From Deinococcus sp. (GTDB taxonomy: Bacteria; Deinococcota; Deinococci; Deinococcales; Deinococcaceae), in NCBI GenBank assembly GCA_965261005.1, contig OZ253375.1:992001-1056000 (forward strand): a DNA stretch of 64,000 bases, in the 5' to 3' direction. Made by a program: the position numbers and the translations under genes. Below the pieces are notes generated by a model, which was given only the letters and a program-made list of their open reading frames with translations, did not search any database and was not told the origin of the DNA. Positions 1 through 11,017 of this stretch are shown here, in pieces (position 1 is the stretch's first letter; every line of letters begins with the position of its first letter).

Positions 1-407
1 CCTTCCCCGAAGGCGGCGACGGCGATGGGTAGCCACTCTTGCGGCGTGACCTCGCGCACGGGCAGCGCTGGGGCGGCGGCGGACGCGTTCAACTCACGGG
101 CGTGGACGTGAAGCGCCCGTGACAGGGCGAAGTTTCGCTCTTCAAGAACCTTCAGCGCGTCCGGGTGCAGGTGCGAGTAAGCCACGACCGCCGGCGTCAC
201 GCCGCGCTCCAGCAAAAAGCGCTCGGCCTCTGGCAGCCAAGCCAAGCCGTCCGCGTCCGTCCCGACGCCGACGGCCACGTTGAGGGGCAAGTCCGGACCC
301 GCGTACACGGCGCGCGCCCCGCCCAGCTTCAGCACCTCCCCCACATCCTCGGCGTAGGTGGTCAGGTGGCGAACTTCGAGCCGTTCGGCGCGCAGGACAA
401 GCTCCAT
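1..407 (-). CDS. Probable GNAT-family acetyltransferase, runs off the window start (partial)
   Basis: Manually translated open frame from ATG 407 (MELVLRAERLEVRHLTTY...AVYAGPDLPLNVAVGVG...) with no stop before position 1; TAGGCT -10 box 6 nt upstream. Family call from recalled resemblance only. Confidence 0.55.
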   Translation of the reverse strand, partial: MELVLRAERLEVRHLTTYAEDVGEVLKLGGARAVYAGPDLPLNVAVGVGTDADGLAWLPEAERFLLERGVTPAVVAYSHLHPDALKVLEERNFALSRALHVHARELNASAAAPALPVREVTPQEWLPIAVAAFGE

Positions 408-443
408 GCGCCCAGCCTAGCGAACGGCCGGGTAGGCTGGGGC

Positions 444-1193
444 ATGCCCTACTCAACTTTGGAAGTCACCCCGCGCGGCGACACCGCCGAGATCGGCTTT
501 CTGACCAAGCGCGGCGCCCTCGGCCCGGCCTTTTGGCGCGAGCTGCCCGCCGCCCTGAACGAGGTGACGGATGCGCGGGCGGTGGTGTTGCGCGGGGCCG
601 GGGACACCTTCAGCGTGGGCCTGGACCTCAACGAGACGGCGCCGCTGCTGGCGGGAGCCTTGGGGGAGACGCCCCACTTCCTGCGCCTGCTGGCGGGGAT
701 GCAGGGGGCGGTGGAGGCGCTGGCCACCTTTTCCAGCCCGGTCATCGCCTGCGTGAGCGGCTGGTGCGTGGGCGCGGGGCTGGAATTGATCGCGGCGGCC
801 GACATCCGGATTTGCTCGCGTGAGGCCCGCTTCTCGCTGCCCGAGGTGAGGCTGGGCATCGTGCCGGACCTGGGCGGCCTCGCGCGGCTGCCCCACCTGA
901 TCGGCGAGGGCTGGACGCGCCGCTTGGCGCTGACCGGCGAGGCGCTGGACGCGGGGCAAGCGGAGCGGCTGGGCTTGGTGAGCGAAGTGCTGGACACGCC
1001 GCAGAACACCTTGGAACGTGCCCGCGAGTTGGCGGATGCCGTGGCCGAGCTGCCCCCCGCCACGGTGCGGGGCATCAAACGCGACCTCAACGCCCGCTTG
1101 GAGGGGGACGTGGCGCGCCACTACGAGCGCGCCGGCGCCCTCAACGCGGCGGGAATGAAGCCGGAGCTGCTGATGAGCGCGCTTAAGAAATAG
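444..1193 (+). CDS. Enoyl-CoA hydratase/isomerase family protein
   Basis: Crotonase motifs FSVGLDL, GWCVGAGLEL, FSLPEVRLGIVPDLGG; ATG 444 follows a TAGGCT -10 box. Confidence 0.9.
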   Translation: MPYSTLEVTPRGDTAEIGFLTKRGALGPAFWRELPAALNEVTDARAVVLRGAGDTFSVGLDLNETAPLLAGALGETPHFLRLLAGMQGAVEALATFSSPVIACVSGWCVGAGLELIAAADIRICSREARFSLPEVRLGIVPDLGGLARLPHLIGEGWTRRLALTGEALDAGQAERLGLVSEVLDTPQNTLERARELADAVAELPPATVRGIKRDLNARLEGDVARHYERAGALNAAGMKPELLMSALKK

Positions 1194-1217
1194 CGGCGCC
1201 CAAGAAGTGGGGGGCGC

Positions 1218-2558
1218 CTAATCGTCCGCCGCCGCCCTTTCGGCCACCGCCTCAGGTTGAGTCGCCTTTTTGCTCGTGGGCAACGTCCTCGGCAGGCGCG
1301 TCCAAGCGAGGGCCGTCACCAAAGCGCCCAGCACGACCAGCGCCAGCAAACCGGCGCGCGGGCCGAGCCAGCCCTCCTTGGCGATCAGGGCGCCCGACAG
1401 CAGGGCGCCGGGGGGCGCCATGCCGACCAGCACGAAGCTGTACAGGCTCATGACCCGCCCGCGCATCTGGTCCGAGATGGAGAGCTGCACGGCGGAGTTG
1501 GCGCTGATCAGCAGCGAGAGCATGGCGAAGCCGCAGGCCGCCAGCGCGAGGCCCACCAGCCACGGCGAGGAGAGCAGCGCCAGCACGGCGCTGGCCGCCA
1601 GCAGCAGCACGGCGCCCAGCCGCAAGTTTCTGAGCGGATTGGGCTTGGACGCTTGCCACAAGGCGCCCACCATCGCCCCCGCCCCGAAGGCGGCGTTCAG
1701 CAGGCCGTAGCCCGCGTCGCCGACGCCGTACACCGCCCGCGCGAAGTAGGGGATGATGACGTTGAAGTTGACAATGGTCAGCGACAGACCGCCGACGTAC
1801 AGCATCACGGCCAGCACGCCGGGCGTGACGCGCACGTAACGCAACCCCTCGGCGGCGTCCAGCAGCAAGCTGTGGCGGCGCCCGTCCGGCTCGGCCCGGT
1901 TGATGGCGGGCAGCGTGGCCTGAATGAAGATCACGACCAAAAAGGCGAGCGCGTCCAGGTAGAACGGCAGGGCGAGGCGGCCGATGGACGCGCCGTTGCC
2001 GCCCACCAGCAGCCAAGCGCCCAGCGGCACCACGAAGCCGAACAAGGCTTGCCCGACGGTGCGCGACACGTTGAAGGAGAGGCTGTTGAGGGCCACGGCG
2101 TTGGCGAGCAGGGTGCGCGGCACGAAGTCGGCGACCATGGCTTGGCGGGTCGGCATGTTAAAGGCGTTGGCGCTGCCCGCGACGGCGGCCAGCGTGAGCA
2201 GCGTCCACAAGGTCACGGTCCCGGTCTGAACCAAGACGCCCAGCGTGGCCGAGCACAGCAGCAGCACGATCTGCGTAACCTGCAACACCCGCAGCTTGGG
2301 CAGGCGGTCGATCAAGGTACCGGCGAACAATGAAAGGAGCAGGCTGGGCGTGAACTGCGCCACGTTGATCCAGCCGAGGGCGTGGCTGGAGTTGTTCGTG
2401 AGTTCCAACACCAGGTACGAGCGCGCCGTCGCCTGCATCCAGGTGCCCACCAGGCTGATCAGCTGCGACAGCCAATAGCGCCGAAAGGTGGGCACCGCCA
2501 ACGCCTGAAAGGTGTGGGTCCGCCAAGCGGTGAACCCGGAGAGCAGAGAGGCGGCCAT
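1218..2558 (-). CDS. MFS transporter
   Basis: About 12 hydrophobic segments, GTLIDRLPK loop motif, SQLISLVGTWMQ N-terminal motif. Confidence 0.88.
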   Translation of the reverse strand: MAASLLSGFTAWRTHTFQALAVPTFRRYWLSQLISLVGTWMQATARSYLVLELTNNSSHALGWINVAQFTPSLLLSLFAGTLIDRLPKLRVLQVTQIVLLLCSATLGVLVQTGTVTLWTLLTLAAVAGSANAFNMPTRQAMVADFVPRTLLANAVALNSLSFNVSRTVGQALFGFVVPLGAWLLVGGNGASIGRLALPFYLDALAFLVVIFIQATLPAINRAEPDGRRHSLLLDAAEGLRYVRVTPGVLAVMLYVGGLSLTIVNFNVIIPYFARAVYGVGDAGYGLLNAAFGAGAMVGALWQASKPNPLRNLRLGAVLLLAASAVLALLSSPWLVGLALAACGFAMLSLLISANSAVQLSISDQMRGRVMSLYSFVLVGMAPPGALLSGALIAKEGWLGPRAGLLALVVLGALVTALAWTRLPRTLPTSKKATQPEAVAERAAADD

Positions 2559-2635
2559 CACGTCAGCATACGCCCGCCCGTCCCGCCGAAAACCGTGTTG
2601 GGCGAGCTGTTTTCTAAAGCCTCATTTCTAAGGTC

Positions 2636-3040
2636 TCATTCCAACGCCACCTCCACCACGTCCGGCAGCAAAAAGGCCCGCAATTCCCCCCCCGCCACGT
2701 CAGCGATCAAGTGGGGCACCCCGTAGCGCGCGAGGCGCAGGTCCTCGGGGCTGGGCCAAGCGGGGCCGCGCGGATGCGAGTGGTAGATGGCGATCAGGCG
2801 CAGGCCCTCCCCACGCATGGCCCGCAGGGCGCGCAGCAGTTCCAGCGGGTCGGCCAGGTAGGCGCGCTCGGGGGTTGGGGCGGCGTTGCGCAGCGGGTAC
2901 AGCGTTTCTACCGCCTGAGCACCCGCCCGGCCGCCCAGCACGCCGACGCACTCACGCGGCAGCTCGGCCCGGGCGTGCGCCCACAGGCGGGCGCGCAGCG
3001 CGGCGGGCAGGTGCAGGCTGGACAGGGGAGCGTGGGTCAT
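2636..3040 (-). CDS. M67/JAB (Mov34/MPN) family metallopeptidase
   Basis: PRECVG and YHSHPxGxAxPSxED JAMM motif. Confidence 0.9.
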   Translation of the reverse strand: MTHAPLSSLHLPAALRARLWAHARAELPRECVGVLGGRAGAQAVETLYPLRNAAPTPERAYLADPLELLRALRAMRGEGLRLIAIYHSHPRGPAWPSPEDLRLARYGVPHLIADVAGGELRAFLLPDVVEVALE

Positions 3041-3102
3041 GGGTTCTGTCCCGAGTATGCCGGCCCAAATGGCGCTCCGGCGGTCAGGCGCTACACTGAA
3101 GC

Positions 3103-6100
3103 ATGGCCAACCGGCGCGCCAAACGCCCGCTTTCCACCTCCAGCCGCTTCGACGGCGAAGCCCTCGGCCTGGTGCTTTTTGCCCTGGGCGTCTTTTTGGC
3201 GATCACGGTCGCCCTGCCGCCCGCCCCCGGGGCGGGCGCGATGGCCGCCGCCCACGCGCTGCTGCTGAATACCTTCGCTTGGGGCGCCTATCTGCTGCCC
3301 CTGGTGCCGCTGGGCTACGGCGCACTGGTGTTTCTGGGCCGCGACGTGCGCGACCCCACCCGACGCCTGCTGGGCGGCGCGCTGGCCGCGCTGTCGTTGC
3401 TGTGCCTGCAAGACCTGTTTTGGCCGGGGGGGGCGGGCCAATTGGCGGGGGCGCTGATGTCCCCTCTGTTCGCGGCGGTCGGGTACGTGGCCGCCCTGGT
3501 GCCGCTGTTCACGCTCAGCTTGGGCTTAGAACTCGTGTTCGGCTGGCTGGCCCTGACCCTCGCCAAGGGCTTCGTGCGCGCTTTGATCGGGGGCGCGCTG
3601 GCGCTGTTCGGCGTTGTCCGCGACGCGCTGGAGTCGCGCCGCGACGGGCAGGGCCGCGCGCGGGCGCGCCACGCTTTGCGCTCGGACTTGCAGGCCCACG
3701 CCCGCGACCTCGGCGTGCTGGAAACGCTCTACCCGCACGCACAAGAGGTGGAGGCGTGGCGCCAAGACACCCGCCAGGCGCTGCGCGGGGTCTCCAGGCT
3801 GGATGAGGACGGCGTGCGCGCGCAGGCGAAGACGCTGGCGACTTGGCGCGAGGCGGCGCGCGGCTTTATCGCCAAGGCCGCCGCCGAGGCGCACGCCGCC
3901 GTGAGGGCAGAGGCGCCGCCGGAGGCCCTCGGCTTGGAGCAGACCGCCCATGAGGTGCGCAAGCAGCGCCACGAACTCGCCCGCGAACTGCACGCCACCA
4001 CCGCCAGCGCCGCCCTGGAGCGGGTGCGGCGCGCGCTGTGCGTGGACCTCACCCGGCTCGCGGCGCGCGCGGGCACCTTGGAGCGCGAGCGTGCCCGCGC
4101 CGAAAAGGCCCTGGAACAGCCCGACGCCGCCGCGCTGGCCCGCGAGATGTCCGCCGCCCGCGCCCGCGAAAAAGGCTGGGCCGACCTCGCGGGGCGGGCC
4201 ACCGAGTGGCGCGAGCGCGCCGCGCTGTACGCAGGCTGGCCCCAACTCGCGGCGCGCTTCGACGCCGGCCCGGCCTTTCTGGCGAGCGACCTCGCCGGCG
4301 CCCTGACCACCGACCCGGACGGCACCCTGGCCGCGCGCGCCGCTTGGGAAGCCAAGCTGGAGGCTGGCCCGCGGGATCCTGCCCCCGCCCAGGCCAGCTC
4401 TTCTCAAGTCACAGCTTCTCAAGTCACAGCCCAGGGCGCTTGGCACGCGCCGCCCATGATCGACTTCGCCTTTGCGGGGCCGGTCGGTCGGGATCAGGGT
4501 GGGTTGGCGCCAAGCTCCGCAGGGCCGCACCTTTTGGAACCTGTCCCGCCGGAACAGTTGGGGCCGGCGACCCTGGTGTTCGGGCCGTCCTCCCACCAAG
4601 CTCTCGTGGGCGCCGCCGTGGCCGCCCCACCCGAAACGGTCCAGGCCGAAGTGGTTGTCCAGGCTGAAGTGGTTCGGGTGGAGCGCGCCCCGTGGGAAGA
4701 CGAGGCGCCGGCCGCTCCGTCACCCCCGAATCCGTTGTCCTCGGAGGGCCGCGTGACCGTCGTTCCCAAGCCGGCCAGCCCGGTGAGCGTCAGCCCGGTG
4801 AGCTTCGGCCCGGCAAACGCCGTCCCCGCGCAGGGCGCCATCGACATCGCCCGGCCCGGCCTCGATTTGCTGGACCCAGTGCCGGCGGCGGCCCTCAACA
4901 CCGCCGCCCTCGACGCCGGGGCCAGAACGCGGGCGGGCTTGATCAACGAGACGTTGGCGCACTTTGGCCTCGCGGCGCGGGTGGTGGACTACGCGCGCGG
5001 CCCCACCGTCACCCGCTACGAGATCGAGCCGGCCCCCGGCGAAAAGATCAGCCGCATCGCCTCGCTTGCCAACGACTTGGCGCGCGCCTTGGCGGTGGGG
5101 GGCGTGCGGGTGGAGGCCCCGGTGCCGGGGAAGAGCGTGATCGGCTTGGAGGTGCCCAACGCCGAGCGCGAGCCGGTCACCTTTCACGTCGCCGCCGCCG
5201 CGCCCAGCTTCAGGAATGGGCGCGCCAAATTGCCCATCATTCTGGGCAAGAGCATCGACGGCGAGATGCTCATAGGCGACCTCGCCAAGATGCCGCACCT
5301 CCTGATCGCCGGCTCGACCGGCTCGGGCAAGTCGGTGTGCGTCAACACCCTGATCGTGAGCCTTCTCTACACCTACCTGCCCACCGAGCTGCGCTTCTTG
5401 ATGGTGGACCCCAAGATGGTCGAGCTGACCCCCTACGACGGCATTCCCCACCTGGTGCGCGGCGTCGTGACCAACCCGGCCGACGCGGCCAGCGTGCTGC
5501 TGGGCGCCGTGGCGCACATGGAGCGGCGCTACAAGATGATGAGCCAGGTGGGCGCCAAAAACTTGGAGCAGTTCAACGCCAAGATGCGCCTGACCGGCGA
5601 GGAGGAATTGCCGCACCTGGTCATCATCATCGACGAGCTGGCCGATTTGATGATCACCTCACCCAAGGAGGTCGAGAGCGCCATCATGCGCCTCGCGCAG
5701 ATGGCGCGCGCCACCGGCATGCACCTGGTCCTGGCAACCCAGCGGCCCAGCGTGGACATCCTGACCAGCTTGATCAAGGTGAACGTGCCGGCGCGGGTCG
5801 CCTTTGCGGTCAGCTCCAGCCACGACTCGCGCACCATTCTCGACGCGGTGGGGGCCGAACGTTTGACCGGCTCGGGGGACATGCTGTTTTACCAGCCCGG
5901 CCTGATCAAGCCGCAGCGCCTGCAGGGGCCGTACATCTCCGAGGCCGAGACCACGCGCATCACCGAGTTCCTGCGCCGCCAAGTCTTCGACGACGCCTTT
6001 GGGGAGACCTACGGCGCCGACTTTGACGGCCTGATCGGCGACGCGGGCGGAAGCTCGGGCGGCAAGGACCTCGACTTCAGCGACCCCTTTTTGCGTCAGG

Positions 6101-6294
6101 CCGCCGAAATCTGCATTGAGGAGGGCCAGGGCAGCGTGTCGCGCCTTCAGCGCCGCCTCTCGGTGGGCCACGCCCGCGCCGGCAAGCTGATGGACTTGCT
6201 GGAGGCGATGGGCATCGTGTCCAAGCACCAGGGCAGCAAGCCGCGCGACGTGCTGATCACCCGTGACGACTTGCCGGAGTACTTCGGCCGCTGA
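3103..6294 (+). CDS. ftsK: DNA translocase FtsK
   Basis: N-terminal TM region, long linker, [15 protein letters not shown]alker [11 protein letters not shown]alker B, LATQRPS, C-terminal gamma domain ([17 protein letters not shown]). Confidence 0.95.
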   Translation: MANRRAKRPLSTSSRFDGEALGLVLFALGVFLAITVALPPAPGAGAMAAAHALLLNTFAWGAYLLPLVPLGYGALVFLGRDVRDPTRRLLGGALAALSLLCLQDLFWPGGAGQLAGALMSPLFAAVGYVAALVPLFTLSLGLELVFGWLALTLAKGFVRALIGGALALFGVVRDALESRRDGQGRARARHALRSDLQAHARDLGVLETLYPHAQEVEAWRQDTRQALRGVSRLDEDGVRAQAKTLATWREAARGFIAKAAAEAHAAVRAEAPPEALGLEQTAHEVRKQRHELARELHATTASAALERVRRALCVDLTRLAARAGTLERERARAEKALEQPDAAALAREMSAARAREKGWADLAGRATEWRERAALYAGWPQLAARFDAGPAFLASDLAGALTTDPDGTLAARAAWEAKLEAGPRDPAPAQASSSQVTASQVTAQGAWHAPPMIDFAFAGPVGRDQGGLAPSSAGPHLLEPVPPEQLGPATLVFGPSSHQALVGAAVAAPPETVQAEVVVQAEVVRVERAPWEDEAPAAPSPPNPLSSEGRVTVVPKPASPVSVSPVSFGPANAVPAQGAIDIARPGLDLLDPVPAAALNTAALDAGARTRAGLINETLAHFGLAARVVDYARGPTVTRYEIEPAPGEKISRIASLANDLARALAVGGVRVEAPVPGKSVIGLEVPNAEREPVTFHVAAAAPSFRNGRAKLPIILGKSIDGEMLIGDLAKMPHLLIAGSTGSGKSVCVNTLIVSLLYTYLPTELRFLMVDPKMVELTPYDGIPHLVRGVVTNPADAASVLLGAVAHMERRYKMMSQVGAKNLEQFNAKMRLTGEEELPHLVIIIDELADLMITSPKEVESAIMRLAQMARATGMHLVLATQRPSVDILTSLIKVNVPARVAFAVSSSHDSRTILDAVGAERLTGSGDMLFYQPGLIKPQRLQGPYISEAETTRITEFLRRQVFDDAFGETYGADFDGLIGDAGGSSGGKDLDFSDPFLRQAAEICIEEGQGSVSRLQRRLSVGHARAGKLMDLLEAMGIVSKHQGSKPRDVLITRDDLPEYFGR

Positions 6295-6419
6295 AGCTCG
6301 TGACGGCCCAGGTTTGTGACTAAAGCAACGCTCAAGAGCGGGCGCGCCTTTTCTGGGGAAAAGTGACGAAGTCGGGGCGCAGGCTTCGGTTAAGATTCGC
6401 CCGAAAGGAAGGCATACTC

Positions 6420-7661
6420 ATGAAGATTAAAAAGACCGTGCTGTACGGGCTGACGTCCGCCCTGATGCTGGGAAGCCTGATGTTGGGAGGAGCAAGCTTG
6501 GCCCAAAGCTACCCGCCGGCCATCACCCCGGCGCAGATTCCGGCGCTGCCGCTCAAGGGCGGCACCATTGGCACCGGAACGGCTGGCACTGGCACGACTG
6601 GCACCGGCACGGCCGCCACCACAACGGGAACGGCGACCGCGACCACAACCACCACGACAACGGCCGCCCCGGCGACCACCGCCCAAACGCCGGCCACTCC
6701 AGCCGCCACGACCAACAGCATCACCGCGCTGGTGAACTCGACGCCGGAGTTGAGCACCTTGGCCGCCGCCCTCAAGGCCGGCAACTTGGAGATGACCTTC
6801 GACGCGCCCGGCGACTACACCGTGTTCGCGCCGACCAACGACGCCTTCGCCAAGGTGCCCCAGGAGCAGCTCGACGCGCTGCTGGCGAGTCCCGACGCCC
6901 TCTTCGAGGTGCTGACCAACCACGTGGTCGCGGGCCGTCTCCCGGCCACCGACGTGACCCAGCAAAAGAGCGTCACGACCTTGTACGGCAGCGAGCTGCC
7001 CGTGGTGGCGAACGGCAGCGCCGTGATGGTTGGTACCGCGAACGTGGTCAAAACTGACCTGACGGCCGACAACGGCGTGGTCCATGAAATTGACAGCGTG
7101 CTGGTGCCGAGCGACTTCACCTTCCCCACCGCGCAGGCGGCGCCCGCCGCTCCGGCGACTACGACGCCCGCGCCAGCGGCGACCACGACGGCGCCGGCCG
7201 CAACCACCGCCGCGCCAGCTGCCACCGCCACCACGGCCACCGACACTTCCAGCATGACCATCGCCGCCATCGTCACGGCCGACCCGCGCTTCAGCACCCT
7301 GCTCAGCGCGCTTCAGGCGGCCGGGCTGGCGGACACGCTCGCCGGCACGGGACCCTTCATGGTGTTCGCGCCGACCAACGACGCCTTCGCCAAGATTCCA
7401 GCCGACCAGTTGCAGGCGCTGCTGGCCGACAAAGCGGCCCTGACCCGTTTGCTTCAGTACCACGTGAGCGCGGGCAGCTTGATGGCGGCGGGCGCCTTGC
7501 AGGCGCGCGACATCAACACCCTGGCCGGCGCCAACTTGAGCGTAACCCAGAATGGCAGCGCGGTGATGGTCAACGACGCCACCGTGGTGCAGCCCGACAT
7601 TCAGGCCAGCAACGGCGTCATCCACGCCATCGACACCGTTCTGGTGCCGCCGACCCCGTAA
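6420..7661 (+). CDS. Secreted protein with two fasciclin (FAS1) domains and Thr/Ala-rich linkers
   Basis: Signal peptide, two TVFAPTNDAF...NGV(V/I)HxID domains; RBS AAGGAAGG before ATG 6420. Confidence 0.9.
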   Translation: MKIKKTVLYGLTSALMLGSLMLGGASLAQSYPPAITPAQIPALPLKGGTIGTGTAGTGTTGTGTAATTTGTATATTTTTTTAAPATTAQTPATPAATTNSITALVNSTPELSTLAAALKAGNLEMTFDAPGDYTVFAPTNDAFAKVPQEQLDALLASPDALFEVLTNHVVAGRLPATDVTQQKSVTTLYGSELPVVANGSAVMVGTANVVKTDLTADNGVVHEIDSVLVPSDFTFPTAQAAPAAPATTTPAPAATTTAPAATTAAPAATATTATDTSSMTIAAIVTADPRFSTLLSALQAAGLADTLAGTGPFMVFAPTNDAFAKIPADQLQALLADKAALTRLLQYHVSAGSLMAAGALQARDINTLAGANLSVTQNGSAVMVNDATVVQPDIQASNGVIHAIDTVLVPPTP

Positions 7662-7674
7662 GAACAGCAGCTTG

Positions 7675-7703
7675 AGGGCGCCTTCCAACAGGAGGGCGCT
7701 TTT
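7675..7703. terminator. Probable intrinsic terminator between convergent genes
   Basis: GCGCCTTCC-aaca-GGAGGGCGC hairpin followed by TTTTT. Confidence 0.65.
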
Positions 7704-8573
7704 TCATGTGAAGGGCGTCAAGTCCAGCCCCGGCAGCACCTCCCGCTCAAAGGCGTGCCAGCTGTCCCAACTGCGCGCCCGACCGCCCCGCTCGGCCCAG
7801 TCCCAGAAGCGGGCGTAGACCGGGTAGGCGGTGGGCAATTCCTCACGGAAGATGTGGGCGCTCAGGCCGCCGCCGGCCAGCAGGCCGCTCTCCTGATAGC
7901 GCCCTAGGGTCAGGCTGAGGTCGTAGGGGATGAAACGCTGCTCGGCCTGCCACTGACCACCCTCTTGGCCGCCCTCCAAGGTCAGGCGCAGGTACTGGGC
8001 GCGCGGGTCGCGGTTGAAGGGCGCCCCCACCGCGCCGGTGTTGAACAGTTGCCCCTCCGGCAGCGTCCATGCCCCCGGCACATGGGTGTGCGAGCCGACG
8101 AAGACGTCCGTCCCGCTCTTTTCAAGTATTTCGCGCATACGCGCTTCCCCCATGCGTCGCCCAACGCCCTCGCGGTAATGGTCGGGCGTGCCGTGGGCCA
8201 CGGCCAGCGTGGGCGCGCCCGGCACCTCCACCCGCAGCGTCATGGGCCACCGGGCGAACTCCTTCAGCAAGCCGACCCGCGCCAGGTCGTTCGCGCACCA
8301 GGTGAAGGAGTCAAAAAAGGGGTCGGCGAACCAGTCGCTTGGAATCCCGGGGTCGCGCCCGTGCCACAAGGTCATCAGCGCGTCGTGGTTGCCGAGGGTG
8401 AACTCGGCCCCCAGGTTCAGCAGCGTTTCCAACGCCGCCACGCCGTCCGGCCCGCGGTTCACCACGTCGCCGTTTACGATCAAGCGCTCGGCGCCGTAAG
8501 CGCGCACGTCGGCCAGCACGGCGTCCAGGGCGGGCTTGTTGCCGTGGATGTCGGCGAGAATGGCCAGGCGCAC
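7704..8573 (-). CDS. Metallophosphoesterase family protein
   Basis: ADIHGN, GDVVNRG, GNHD, HG and GSHTH-like motifs; GTG 8573 lies 7 nt after TAGAAT (ATG 8582 is the alternative start). Confidence 0.88.
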   Translation of the reverse strand: MRLAILADIHGNKPALDAVLADVRAYGAERLIVNGDVVNRGPDGVAALETLLNLGAEFTLGNHDALMTLWHGRDPGIPSDWFADPFFDSFTWCANDLARVGLLKEFARWPMTLRVEVPGAPTLAVAHGTPDHYREGVGRRMGEARMREILEKSGTDVFVGSHTHVPGAWTLPEGQLFNTGAVGAPFNRDPRAQYLRLTLEGGQEGGQWQAEQRFIPYDLSLTLGRYQESGLLAGGGLSAHIFREELPTAYPVYARFWDWAERGGRARSWDSWHAFEREVLPGLDLTPFT

Positions 8574-8585
8574 GGGGGACATTCT

Positions 8586-8876
8586 AGAGCTTGAGGTCGA
8601 GGATGACTTCTTGGTGCCTCGCCGGGGGACACGGTTCAGGGCGACGAGGAACGCCCGTTCACGCCCTGTTGCGGTACTCGCGCCAGGGTCAAGACGGCTG
8701 GAGACCTACTGCGGCCCTTGCGTGCTTCACGCTGTGCAACGGCGGCTTCCGTCGCCGCGAACGCTTCGGGATAGACCCCCGTGCGCGCCCCAACTGCTTG
8801 CGGTTCATCCTCAGGACCTGCTCCAGGCGCTCGTGTCTCATGCCTCAGCTCAGCTCCCGACTTTCGTAGGAGGTCT
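8586..8876 (-). mobile_element. Degenerate IS5-family (ISL2/IS702-like) remnant
   Basis: End GACTTTCGTAGGAGGTCT (8859-8876) resembles the IR of the intact element at 39220-40110; frameshifted translation MRHERLEQVLRMNRKQ..VYPEAFA..WREYR matches that transposase. Confidence 0.8.
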
Positions 8877-9229
8877 ATTCTTGACGTCCGGCCGGAACAC
8901 CCGGAACTGCAACCTCCACTTGCCGAGCACCAACGTTTCGGCCGTGTAGCCGAAAACCGCGAGCAGCTTGGCGGGGTGGGCGCCCTGCTTGTCGTCCTGC
9001 GTCAGCTTGTCACGCGCCCGCTTGAGCCGGCTTTTGGCCTCTGCCCGGTCGGAGGCGGCCGTTCTGGGCTGGGGCGGGGCCGCAAAGGCGAGCGGGCGTT
9101 CCTGCTGAGGCCGCTGCTTGCTGTCTAAGTAAGTTTTCGACCGCCAGCACGGCAAAAACCTCTCCTTTACGCAGGGCTGGCCTGGGGGGTACACTACAGG
9201 TCTCACCCGCGCCGCGGAGGCAGGAGTTT

Positions 9230-10999
9230 ATGGGCAGCAAGGAGGACATCCGAGCGAAGCTGAACATCGCCGACTTGATCGGCGAGTACGTTCAACTGCT
9301 GCCCGCCGGCACCGGGCGCTACAAGGCGCTGTGTCCCTTTCACAAGGAGAAGTCCCCGTCGTTTCAGGTGGACGCCCAGCAAGGGTTCTTTCACTGCTTC
9401 GGCTGCAAGGCGGGCGGGGACGCCTTCGCCTTTTTGATGCGCATAGAGAACCTGACCTTCGGCGACGCCCTGCGCAAGCTGGCGGAGCGCACCGGCGTGG
9501 AGCTGGAAAGTCGGGGCGGCGAGCGGATGAGCCGCGACCTCTACGACGTGAACGCCTTCGCGCTGGAGTACTTCCGCGAACATTTGAGCGGGGCCGGTGC
9601 GGACTATTTCCGGGGGCGTGGCCTGACGCCGGAGACCATTCAGAAGTTCGAGTTGGGCTACGCGCCGGACGGCTGGGACGGCCTCCTCAAGCGGGCCAAG
9701 GCGCGCGGCCTGACCGAGAAGCAGCTCTTGGAGGCGGGCCTGCTGTCCGAGAACGCCGAGTCGGGGCGGGTCTATGACCGCTTCCGGGGCCGGGTGATGT
9801 TTCCCATCCGCGACCACTTGGGCCGCTTGGTCGGCTTCGGGGGACGGGTGCTGGGGGACGACAAGCCCAAGTACCTCAACACCCCCGAGACGGCCATCTT
9901 CAAGAAGGGCGAGCTGCTGTACGGCTACGCCCTCGCGCGGGCGGCGGCCCAGAAAGCCGGCGAGCTGGTGGTGGTCGAGGGCTATATGGACGTGATCGCC
10001 ATGCACCAATACGGCTTCGAGACGGCCGTGGCAACCTTGGGCACCGCCCTGACGGCGGACCACGCGACCTTGCTTCAGCGTCAGGGCATTCGCTCACTCG
10101 CGCTGCTGTTCGACCGCGACGAGGCCGGGCAGCGCGCCACCCTGGCCGGCCTCGACCAGGTGATCGGGGCGCGCTTCGGCGTGCGCGCTTTATCTGTGCC
10201 GGACGGCAAGGACCCGGCCGACACGCTGCAAGCGGGCGGCACCGACCTGTTGCGCGCGGCCCTCGCGGGCGGCGTGGACGAGGTGGAGTACCGGGTGGCG
10301 GCGGCCCTCGCGCAGTTCGACGTGAAGACCACCGCCGGCAAGCGCGGCTTTTTGCAGGCGCTGCTGCCGCGCATGCAGTCGAGCGATCCCCTCGACGAGA
10401 TCGCCGACAAGGTGAGAAAGCGGGTCGCCGAGCGACTGGACATCGGCGAAAGGGCGCTGCTGGAGTGGGTCAACTCCAAGGCCAAGCGCAAGACGCTCAG
10501 CGACGTGCAAATCGAGGGGATGCAGAACGCGGGTCGCGCCGGCGAGGAGGAGGCCGAGCTGCGGCTGCTACGCGAGATCCTGCAAAACCCGCAGCTGCTG
10601 GAGAAGCTCGACGGGCTGCGCGCGTGGCGCAACGAGACCGTCAAAAAGGTGATGCTGGCGGCGCGCGGCACCAGCAGCGCCGAGCAGATCATCGCCACCT
10701 TCGACGGCCAGCCCGAACAGCAGCTTCTCATTCGGCTCTTGTTCGAGGCGCGCAGCCCCGGTCTGATCGGGCGTGAGAACGTCCGCCAGGTGGAGGACAA
10801 GGCGGCACAGGCCGGCGAGATCGCGGTGCAGCAGATCGAGAGCAAGCTGACCATAGACGAGATGCGCGAGGAACTGGCCCTCCTGAAAAAGCAGGTGATG
10901 GCCGCCCAGCCGGGGGAGCAGATGGGCCTACTCAAGCAGATTCAGGAGTTGCAGCGGGCGGTGGAGGCCGAAAAGCGGTCGCGCAAGTTGCAGGCATAA
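9230..10999 (+). CDS. dnaG: DNA primase
   Basis: CPFHxEKSPSF...HCFGC zinc finger, [26 protein letters not shown] and FDRDEAG TOPRIM motifs. Confidence 0.97.
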   Translation: MGSKEDIRAKLNIADLIGEYVQLLPAGTGRYKALCPFHKEKSPSFQVDAQQGFFHCFGCKAGGDAFAFLMRIENLTFGDALRKLAERTGVELESRGGERMSRDLYDVNAFALEYFREHLSGAGADYFRGRGLTPETIQKFELGYAPDGWDGLLKRAKARGLTEKQLLEAGLLSENAESGRVYDRFRGRVMFPIRDHLGRLVGFGGRVLGDDKPKYLNTPETAIFKKGELLYGYALARAAAQKAGELVVVEGYMDVIAMHQYGFETAVATLGTALTADHATLLQRQGIRSLALLFDRDEAGQRATLAGLDQVIGARFGVRALSVPDGKDPADTLQAGGTDLLRAALAGGVDEVEYRVAAALAQFDVKTTAGKRGFLQALLPRMQSSDPLDEIADKVRKRVAERLDIGERALLEWVNSKAKRKTLSDVQIEGMQNAGRAGEEEAELRLLREILQNPQLLEKLDGLRAWRNETVKKVMLAARGTSSAEQIIATFDGQPEQQLLIRLLFEARSPGLIGRENVRQVEDKAAQAGEIAVQQIESKLTIDEMREELALLKKQVMAAQPGEQMGLLKQIQELQRAVEAEKRSRKLQA

Positions 11000-11017
11000 C
11001 CTTCCCAGGAGACCAAC

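Noticed and set aside
8850..9206. 118-aa minus-strand ORF upstream of dnaG
   Set aside because: No recognisable motif, and its C-terminus is read from the IS5 relic end; cannot be supported as a gene.
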